A DNA stretch of 64,000 nt from Caldisericota bacterium (lineage in GTDB: Bacteria; Caldisericota; JANLFM01), in the NCBI GenBank assembly GCA_024655865.1, contig JANLFM010000004.1:19040-83039 (forward strand), read 5' to 3'. Shown here one piece after another: positions 57,640 through 64,000 of this stretch (positions are counted from its first letter, which is position 1; every line of letters begins with the position of its first letter). The notes below the pieces were generated by a model. It made no database searches. It had not been told where the DNA came from and saw only the letters and a list, made by a program, of their open reading frames with translations. The position numbers and the translations under genes were made by a program.

Positions 57640-57790
57640 GGGGCCCTTGGCAAAAGACCCTGAGGTGCGAGGCTGAAATTTGATCCGCAGAGGATCCCCG
57701 CTTCCGCAGAAGCTCCTTGCATCCGCGAAGAGCCCTTGCATCCGCAGAAGCTCCCTGCACTCGCAGAGGATCCCCCGCGGTGCACCATCT
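57640..57790. repeat. Short tandem/inverted repeats (GCATCCGCAGAAGCTCC units flanked by CCGCAGAGGATCCCC palindromic arms)
   Basis: Read directly. Confidence 0.5.
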
Positions 57791-57929
57791 AAAGGGAAAT
57801 CCAAAAATGTATGATTGCAAGACCTGACCCTACTGGCTGGCCCTATTGGAATTCTGGAATTGTTGGATTGCAAGACCTGACCCCGTTACATGGCGTTGAC
57901 AGCCAGCCAATTATTTGCTAAAAAGGCCC

Positions 57930-58150
57930 CAAAGCGAAGAAGGGAGAGGAGTAAGCCTCGTCGCTTGCCTCAGAGAGGGGAAGTAAGGTGCGAGTTCCCT
58001 GGCAGGCAGAAGCTGAAGTCGCTCTCTGAGCTGGATGCTGAAATTAAAAGTAGGCTTTCCCGCTGGCTGCGTTAAAACCAAGAGAGCCCATTATGGGAAT
58101 TAAGGTGGTACCGCGGACCTCCGTCCTTGACGGAGGTTTTTCTTTTTAAA
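57930..58150 (+). promoter_or_regulatory. T-box riboswitch leader (Val specifier likely) with intrinsic terminator, preceded by a TTGACA-17-TAAAAA promoter at 57895-57923
   Basis: The T-box sequence AAGGTGGTACCGCGG at 58102-58116 overlaps the terminator hairpin ACCTCCGTCcttgACGGAGGT plus a T-run, which ends 18 nt before the valS ATG. The stem I arms CTCAGAGAGG and CTCTCTGAG pair. Confidence 0.75.
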
Positions 58151-58167
58151 GATGGAGGAAGGAGAAT

Positions 58168-60795
58168 ATGGAGATATCCACGGCTTACGAGCCTAAGGCA
58201 GTAGAAAAAAGGATATACCGGTTCTGGCTGGACGGAAATTATTTCCGTGCCGAAATCGATTACCACAAAAAACCGGCTGTAATTTCTATGCCCCCTCCCA
58301 ACGTTTACGGCTCCCTGCATATGGGACATGGCTTCAATAACACCCTTCAGGACCTGATCATCCGCTTTTGGAGAATGAGCGGGCTGAACGCTCTCTGGGT
58401 TCCCGGACTGGATCACGCTGGTTTAGCTTTCCAGAACGCAGTAGAAAAGGAGCTTCGCAAGGAGGGCCTCTCCCGTTTCGATTTGGGGAGAGAGGAGTTT
58501 TTAAAGAGGTGTTTTAAGTGGAAGGAGGAACAGGCTGCCTACGTGGTGGAACAGCTTCAGACAATGGGGGCTTCAGCGGATTGGTCCCGTTTGCGCTTCA
58601 CGATGGACGAGGCTTACCAGAAAGCTGTGCGCCGCCAATTCGTGCAACTTTTCCAGGATGGATTGATCTACAGGGGAACCCGGATCATAAACTGGTGCCC
58701 TACCTGTCTCACGGCACTTTCGGATATCGAGGTGGAGTACGAGGAGGAGCAAGCCTTCCTCTATTATGTGCGCTATCCCCTGGAGGGAGGGGAGGGCTTC
58801 ATCACGGTGGCCACAACCAGGCCGGAAACGATGCTCGGAGACACAGGAGTAGCAGTACACCCGGAGGATTTAAGATACCGTTCCTTAATCGGTAAAACAG
58901 CCATCCTCCCCATTATGAATCGCAAAATTCCCATTGTGGCCGATGAGGCTGTTGACCCCACCTTTGGTACAGGAGCGGTAAAGATCACCCCGGCTCATGA
59001 TCCGGTGGACTACGAGGTTGGTCAGAGGCACAATCTTCCCCCCATCTCCGTGATCGGCGAAAAGGGGAAGATGACCTCTGATGCCGGAAAGTACGCGGGA
59101 AAAGATCGCCTGGAAGCGCGAAAGGAAATCGTAGAGGAACTTAAAAGAGAAGGGCTTCTTCTGAAAGTGGAGCCCTACACTCACGCCTTGGGCAAGTGCT
59201 ACCGCTGCCACCAGCCCATAGAGCCCTTGATTTCCACACAGTGGTTCGTGAAAATGAAACCCCTGGCCATACCGGCGATGGAGGTCGTGGAAAGAGGAGA
59301 AATTAAGTTTTACCCTGAGCGATGGAAAAAGGTATATATGGACTGGATGGAGAATATAAAGGACTGGTGCATCTCGCGCCAGATCTGGTGGGGGCACCGG
59401 ATTCCTGTCTGGTACTGTCAGTCCTGCGGGGAAGTTTTCGCCAGCGAGGATGATCCGGAAAGGTGCCCCCACTGTGGTTCTCCTGATTTAAAGCAGGATC
59501 CTGACGCCCTGGACACCTGGTTTTCCTCTAATTTATGGCCCTTCGCCATCTTAGGCTGGCCTGAGGACACCCCCGACCTCCGCTATTTTTTCCCCACCAC
59601 GGTGCTCTCTACGGGATACGACATCATCTTCTTCTGGGTGGCACGCATGATTATGGCTTCCCTCTATTTCACGAAGAAGATCCCCTTCAGCAAGGTGTAC
59701 ATTCACGGGCTAATCAGGGATGGAAAAGGAAGAAAGATGTCCCGCTCCTTGGGCAACGTGATAGACCCCTTAGAGAAAATGGAGCAATACGGCACCGACG
59801 CTTTTCGATTCGCCATGGCGGCCTCAGCCACTCTTGGAGGCCAGGACATTCCTATGGGTGAAGAGCGCTTCGAGCGGGGGCGAAATTTCACGAACAAGCT
59901 CTGGAACGCCTCCCGCTTCCTTTTAATCAACCTCGAGGGGTACGACCCTCAAGCTCGACCCGCCGACTCCCTCCCTCACAGATATATTCGCTCTCGCCTG
60001 AACAAAGTAATTGAGGAAGTTACCAGGGACCTTGAGGAGTTCAATTTTGCTGATTGTACGCACACTCTGGAGGAATTCTTCTGGGGAGAGTTCTGCGACT
60101 GGTATATCGAGATGTGCAAAACCGACCTTGCCCGTGGTGGTGAGGCCAAGAAAGGGGCACAGGTGGTTCTCCACGACACCCTTGAGACCATCCTCAGGCT
60201 CCTACATCCCATTTGCCCCTTCATCACCGAGGAGCTCTGGCAGAAGCTACCGGGTAAAAAGGGGCCTGCCTTGATCGTTGCTCCCTGGCCCAAGCCCGAG
60301 AAAAGCCTTTACGATGAGGATGCGGAAGAGAGGATGGAGTGTCTTAAGGCCTTCGTGCGCACTGTACGCAATTTGCGCGCCGAAGGGGGCCTTCCTCCAT
60401 CGAACTTCATCAAGGCTCTGGTGATTACCGATTCCCAGACTCAAAAAACTATCCAGGAGTCCCTGGAATACATTCTTCCCCTGGCCCGCCTGAGCGAGGT
60501 GGAGTTCCTGGAGGAGAAAAGAAGGCCTAAAGGGTCCCTTGGCGGGATTGCTCAGGGCATGGAGATCTTTCTGCCCCTTACCATTCAGGAAAAAGAAAGC
60601 CTGCTTGCCCGGATGAGGAAGGATTCGGAGAAATTGAAAGCGGACTACGAGCGCGTCCTTCTTCGGATATCTAACCCCGAGTTTCACAAAAAGGCTCCTC
60701 CCGAGGTTTTGGAAAAACAAAAAAGAAGCCTTGAGGATTTGAAGTTTCGCCTGGAGCGAGTGCAAAAAATCATCGAAGAGCTGGAGGAAGAATGA
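58168..60795 (+). CDS. valS: Valyl-tRNA synthetase
   Basis: Class I motifs HMGH and KMSRS are present, with a C-terminal coiled coil, 875 aa. Confidence 0.95.
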   Translation: MEISTAYEPKAVEKRIYRFWLDGNYFRAEIDYHKKPAVISMPPPNVYGSLHMGHGFNNTLQDLIIRFWRMSGLNALWVPGLDHAGLAFQNAVEKELRKEGLSRFDLGREEFLKRCFKWKEEQAAYVVEQLQTMGASADWSRLRFTMDEAYQKAVRRQFVQLFQDGLIYRGTRIINWCPTCLTALSDIEVEYEEEQAFLYYVRYPLEGGEGFITVATTRPETMLGDTGVAVHPEDLRYRSLIGKTAILPIMNRKIPIVADEAVDPTFGTGAVKITPAHDPVDYEVGQRHNLPPISVIGEKGKMTSDAGKYAGKDRLEARKEIVEELKREGLLLKVEPYTHALGKCYRCHQPIEPLISTQWFVKMKPLAIPAMEVVERGEIKFYPERWKKVYMDWMENIKDWCISRQIWWGHRIPVWYCQSCGEVFASEDDPERCPHCGSPDLKQDPDALDTWFSSNLWPFAILGWPEDTPDLRYFFPTTVLSTGYDIIFFWVARMIMASLYFTKKIPFSKVYIHGLIRDGKGRKMSRSLGNVIDPLEKMEQYGTDAFRFAMAASATLGGQDIPMGEERFERGRNFTNKLWNASRFLLINLEGYDPQARPADSLPHRYIRSRLNKVIEEVTRDLEEFNFADCTHTLEEFFWGEFCDWYIEMCKTDLARGGEAKKGAQVVLHDTLETILRLLHPICPFITEELWQKLPGKKGPALIVAPWPKPEKSLYDEDAEERMECLKAFVRTVRNLRAEGGLPPSNFIKALVITDSQTQKTIQESLEYILPLARLSEVEFLEEKRRPKGSLGGIAQGMEIFLPLTIQEKESLLARMRKDSEKLKADYERVLLRISNPEFHKKAPPEVLEKQKRSLEDLKFRLERVQKIIEELEEE

Positions 60796-62084
60796 ACTAT
60801 AAGGAGGCTCTGGAGTTTCTGGAATCCCCCTCCCGTTTCTCCCCGAAGTTAGGGTTGGAAAGGATCAGGGTATTTTTATCGGAGCTGGGTTCCCCTCAGG
60901 ATTGCTTTCCCTCCGTTCTGATCGCGGGGACCTCGGGCAAGGGGTCCAGTTGCAAGATGATAGAGAGCGTCCTCACGGCATCTGGGTACAAAGTGGGGCT
61001 CTTCACCAAGCCACACCTCCAGTCATACCGGGAGCGCGTTGCCCTTGGAGATGAATTGATTTCCCCAGAGGACCTTACGAGGCTTGTAGAAAAAATGGTT
61101 CCCTTGGCGGGGAAAATCGGCAGTACACCCCTGGGCTTCCCCACTTATTTCGAAATGGGAGTAGCTCTGGCCTTTCAGTACTTTGCCCTGAATAAGGTGG
61201 ATATCGCCATAGTGGAAGTGGGTATGGGAGGAAGGCTTGACGCCACAAACATCCTAATGCCCATCGTATGCGGAATCACTGAGATCGGTTTCGATCACGA
61301 GAAGTATTTGGGGAGCACCCTTTCTCAGATTGCAGGAGAGAAGGCGGGAATTATCAAGCCCGGGGTGCCGGTTGTGGTCTCCCGTCAGGAACCAGAGGCC
61401 ATGGCAGTCATCACAAGAGTGGCCCGGGAACTTAGAGCGCCCATTTTTGATAGCGATAATAGGGGCGATGGTCCTCTCTCGTTCAGCTTAGAGGGGCAGA
61501 CCTTTAATCTCCGGGGAAGGGATAACCTTTACAGGGAACTCTTCATCCCTCTTTTAGGTGAGCATCAGATCAGGAACGCTGCCTTGGCCCTCACGGTCCT
61601 CGAGGTCCTTCGTGATCTGGGGTTTTCCTGGAACGAGGATCATTTGCGCAGAGGCTTCGCGGAGCTTAAATGGCCAGGGCGTCTGGAGGTTCTTTCCCAA
61701 TCGCCCCTCGTGGTCATAGATGGAGCGCACAACCCGTGCAAGGCCCAGGCTTTAGCACAGGCAGTGGCGGAATACCTGCTCTTTAAGCGCCTGATATTGG
61801 TTCTGGGGGTCTCCAGGGATAAGGACTTTCTCGGCATCCTGGAAAAATTCCTCCCCATGAATCCTCTGGTGATAGCTACCGCTGCCAGTTCCGGAAGGGC
61901 CTTATCTCCTCCTGAAATTAAGCAAGCCTGCCAGAACCTGGGCATTCCCTGCGAGGATTTTCCCAGCGTAAGGACTGCCCTGAAAAGAGCCATTGAGGTT
62001 GCAGAAGCGGAGGATTTGATCCTGGTATCCGGTTCTATATACGTTGCCGGGGAGGCGCGAGATCTTTACTTTCAAGTGGGGTGA
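60792..62084 (+). CDS. folC: Folylpolyglutamate synthase / dihydrofolate synthase
   Basis: Mur-ligase fold with GTSGKGSS. Confidence 0.85.
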   Translation: MNYKEALEFLESPSRFSPKLGLERIRVFLSELGSPQDCFPSVLIAGTSGKGSSCKMIESVLTASGYKVGLFTKPHLQSYRERVALGDELISPEDLTRLVEKMVPLAGKIGSTPLGFPTYFEMGVALAFQYFALNKVDIAIVEVGMGGRLDATNILMPIVCGITEIGFDHEKYLGSTLSQIAGEKAGIIKPGVPVVVSRQEPEAMAVITRVARELRAPIFDSDNRGDGPLSFSLEGQTFNLRGRDNLYRELFIPLLGEHQIRNAALALTVLEVLRDLGFSWNEDHLRRGFAELKWPGRLEVLSQSPLVVIDGAHNPCKAQALAQAVAEYLLFKRLILVLGVSRDKDFLGILEKFLPMNPLVIATAASSGRALSPPEIKQACQNLGIPCEDFPSVRTALKRAIEVAEAEDLILVSGSIYVAGEARDLYFQVG

Positions 62085-62674
62085 TCGCCGTATAGACGCA
62101 TCAGCTTTTCCCGGGAAAGCCAGATGCGTCGCGATACCAGGGCTTTTTTCTTTTTTTTCTCAAACCCCTCCTCAAGGTACTTTCGCAAAAAGAAGTACTG
62201 TACCCTTGTCTCCCATACCTCTTTAGTTTTGGTTTCCATGGGAAACACCTCAAAGCCCAGCCGCTTTGCTCCTTCATGAAGCAGGGTGGTCCCCCGGAAA
62301 GCCTTCACCTTAAGCAGGCGGGGATCCGAATTGGCCATCTTTGCCAGCTCCCTTAAAGAGAGTCTCGTCCTTCTCAAAACTTCTACGTAAAAGGACACCG
62401 GGTCCTGAATTTCCTTCCTTAGTTCCCTGATCATTTTATTATCGGTATGAAGTTCGCCCACCACTTCCCCTTTTTTGATTTTGATTCCCCCCTCGAGTGT
62501 GATTCCCGGACCCCGATAGTGGGTCAAACCCCAGCGGAGGGTCCCTTCCCCTGGAGGGCCTACTGGTTTTATGCGAAAAAGCCACTCGTAGAAACGCTCA
62601 TAAAAATCCCAGAATTTCTCGCTTAACGACCCGAAAGCCGGCATCCATGATCGCTTTTTGAAGCTCATCGTCAA
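62072..62674 (-). CDS. Hypothetical protein (C-terminus overlaps a hairpin and T-run; end uncertain)
   Basis: ORF with coding-like composition but no recognised family. It overlaps folC by 12 nt and the ydjC-like gene by 77 nt. Confidence 0.35.
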   Translation of the reverse strand: MTMSFKKRSWMPAFGSLSEKFWDFYERFYEWLFRIKPVGPPGEGTLRWGLTHYRGPGITLEGGIKIKKGEVVGELHTDNKMIRELRKEIQDPVSFYVEVLRRTRLSLRELAKMANSDPRLLKVKAFRGTTLLHEGAKRLGFEVFPMETKTKEVWETRVQYFFLRKYLEEGFEKKKKKALVSRRIWLSREKLMRLYGDHPT

Positions 62675-63425
62675 CTAAAACCTCCATTTCTCCTCTGTGT
62701 CCCGGGTGGACCATGACCTCAGTAAAACCGGAATCCAGGCGCCTCAACATCCCTAAGACACTGCTTAAGGAAAAGTTCGGTTCCTGCTCCAGGATTCCCG
62801 CAAAGTATTCGCTGGTTATAAAGTCGTCATTTTTTAAATAGTCATAAAGGGAGCCCGCCCATAGGGATAAAAAAAGAATCTCCAGGGCCCTTCCTATCCG
62901 GGGCAGAGCTCGAAAAAGGTTCACTTTCTTTTCCCTGGGGCAACGTATATATCTAAAACCGTATTCCTTAACGGTCTGGCGCAAAATAGGAAAAACGCCC
63001 GGCATAACATGCGTGTGGTTATGGCTATCGAACCTGTTTGGCTGAAACCCGAAGGAGAGGAATTTTTCAATCTGAGCGCGGCACTCCTTTTTTAAGTCCT
63101 CCGGGTCGATCAAACCCTGGCGCATCCTGAGCAGAAATTTGGCCGGGGGGTAAAACAGGCCCTCTTTGTCCACAAGGGAAGGAGCCTTTGAAAGAGGTGA
63201 ACCCTCAGTAACGTTAAAATGAAGGCCAACCGGGAGACCTGCCTCTTTTGCTTTCTGGGCCCCCTCTTCCGTGGCCATCCCCATGTTCACGATCAAGGAA
63301 GCGCCACCCACGGGACCCTTCTTAAAGGAGGCAATAATCCTCTGGTTCGTTGCCGAATCGAATCCTAAATCATCAGCCTGAAAGAGCACAAGTTTATCTT
63401 TGGGCACCTTCTTCATCCGTAACAA
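62598..63425 (-). CDS. YdjC/ChbG-family carbohydrate deacetylase
   Basis: Carries LVLFQADDLGFDSATN and HTHV. Confidence 0.7.
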   Translation of the reverse strand: MLRMKKVPKDKLVLFQADDLGFDSATNQRIIASFKKGPVGGASLIVNMGMATEEGAQKAKEAGLPVGLHFNVTEGSPLSKAPSLVDKEGLFYPPAKFLLRMRQGLIDPEDLKKECRAQIEKFLSFGFQPNRFDSHNHTHVMPGVFPILRQTVKEYGFRYIRCPREKKVNLFRALPRIGRALEILFLSLWAGSLYDYLKNDDFITSEYFAGILEQEPNFSLSSVLGMLRRLDSGFTEVMVHPGHRGEMEVLVDDELQKAIMDAGFRVVKREILGFL

Positions 63426-63495
63426 AAGTTGACCGCCTTTGCTCTAAATATTAAAACAAATAAACAGCTTGATTCAGTATTTTAAGGAGGGGAAA

Positions 63496-64000
63496 ATGGA
63501 TTTTGACGCTATTGTCCTCGCCGGGCCAGGAAAGGAAGACTGGCTGGCTCAGGAAGGTGTGAGCAATAAAAGCCTTTTGCCCATTGATGGCAGACCAATG
63601 GTGGAATACGTGCTTCAAGCCCTTAAGGGCTCCCGATTTTTAAAAAACCTGATCCTCGTTGCCGACTTTCCCTTAAGCGAGGGCCTGAAACCTCTTGTAG
63701 ATAAATATGTGCCCGCCGGCGATACTATGGAGGAAAACATCGAAAGGGGTGTATTGGAAACCTCCAGTCCTCTCGTAGCCATCATGGGCTCGGACATCCC
63801 TTTTATTTCCAGCGAAACTATTGATCGGGTGATCTCCCTTTGCAGTTCCTACCCTGCCTCGCTTTACCTCCCGGTGATCAGGAGGGAGGACATCGAGAGG
63901 ATCTTTCCTGGGAGTCAGCGCACTTATGCTCGTTTAAAGGAAGGAGAGGTAAAGGCCGGGAATATCTTTTTATTCAAAAGGGAGAACTGGCACACGGTAG
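63496..64000 (+). CDS. MobA-like/GT-A nucleotidyltransferase (partial, runs off window end)
   Basis: The RBS AAGGAGG is followed by ATG 63496. The protein carries IVLAGPGKEDWL...LLPIDGRPM. Confidence 0.55.
   Translation, partial: MDFDAIVLAGPGKEDWLAQEGVSNKSLLPIDGRPMVEYVLQALKGSRFLKNLILVADFPLSEGLKPLVDKYVPAGDTMEENIERGVLETSSPLVAIMGSDIPFISSETIDRVISLCSSYPASLYLPVIRREDIERIFPGSQRTYARLKEGEVKAGNIFLFKRENWHTV

Larger units (their letters stand above)
56323..57883 (+). mobile_element. REP-associated tyrosine transposase (RAYT) unit: left REP, tnpA, internal tandem repeats, right inverted REP pair
   Basis: The 26-bp REP sits at 56323-56347 (forward) and 57858-57883 (inverted), with a partial inverted copy at 57813-57830. 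Confidence 0.75.

Noticed and set aside
56455-57788. Minus-strand ORFs (56455-57165, 57165-57788, 57575-57873) across the RAYT gene and repeat arrays
   Set aside because: The first is antisense to tnpA. The others translate the tandem DNA repeats into repetitive peptides (…SESRHRQ… twice), which is an artefact of repeats.
58518-60765. Multiple ORFs on both strands within valS (58518-58895, 58885-59472, 60247-60765 etc.)
   Set aside because: They are shadow ORFs inside a clear class I aaRS gene.
1-64000. tRNA / rRNA genes
   Set aside because: I saw no cloverleaf-compatible segment with a GTTCGAATC-type T-arm and no rRNA-like conserved block in the regions I scanned. I scanned by eye and ran no search.

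Overview
The window is a 64-kb bacterial chromosomal segment of roughly 55% GC with lower-GC patches. Coding density is high and none of the regions I scanned looked like rRNA, tRNA or a CRISPR array.

Layout, left to right:
- 1-20.8 kb: a large cell-surface polysaccharide locus. It holds dTDP-rhamnose genes rfbABCD, two long-form sugar-1-P nucleotidyltransferases, five glycosyltransferases, manC, an epimerase, a Wzy/O-antigen-ligase-like TPR fusion, a priming phosphoglycosyl transferase and a bifunctional NTase/phosphomannomutase. The locus is interrupted by a low-GC insert carrying two paralogous AAA+ (AAA_14/DUF4143, COG1373) ATPase-nuclease-like genes with their own palindromic operator-like repeats.
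- 20.9-32 kb: lipid and glycogen genes (plsY-like, a membrane GT2, GH57, a glycogen synthase fused to a GalT/HIT-like nucleotidyltransferase), then murJ, PMM, a nucleotide-sugar dehydrogenase and archease.
- 33-35.7 kb: two tandem 7TM-HD-GYP receptors behind an unusual leader. The leader has a long-range 9-bp stem that brackets a 31-codon transmembrane peptide ORF.
- 35.9-39 kb: pyrimidine operon pyrK-pyrD-pyrF-pyrE.
- 40.5-44.8 kb: a sugar ABC importer operon flanked by two directly repeated 277-bp MITE/REPIN-like elements. Each element is bounded by inverted copies of a 26-bp repeat, GGGGTCAGGTCTTGCAATCCAACAAT.
- 45-56 kb: proS, rtcB, several deacetylases, DegV, a UDG-family gene, aspS and metK.
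- 56.3-57.9 kb: a REP-associated tyrosine transposase (RAYT, IS200-like Y1 HuH) bounded by the same 26-bp repeat in inverted orientation, with complex internal tandem repeats.
- 57.9-64 kb: a T-box leader, valS, folC and other genes.

The most interesting signal is the RAYT/REP system together with the MITE-like derivatives of that REP bracketing a transporter operon. Also notable are the COG1373 ATPase-nuclease pair embedded in the glycan locus, the GlgA-GalT fusion, and the structured leader plus micro-ORF ahead of the HD-GYP genes.
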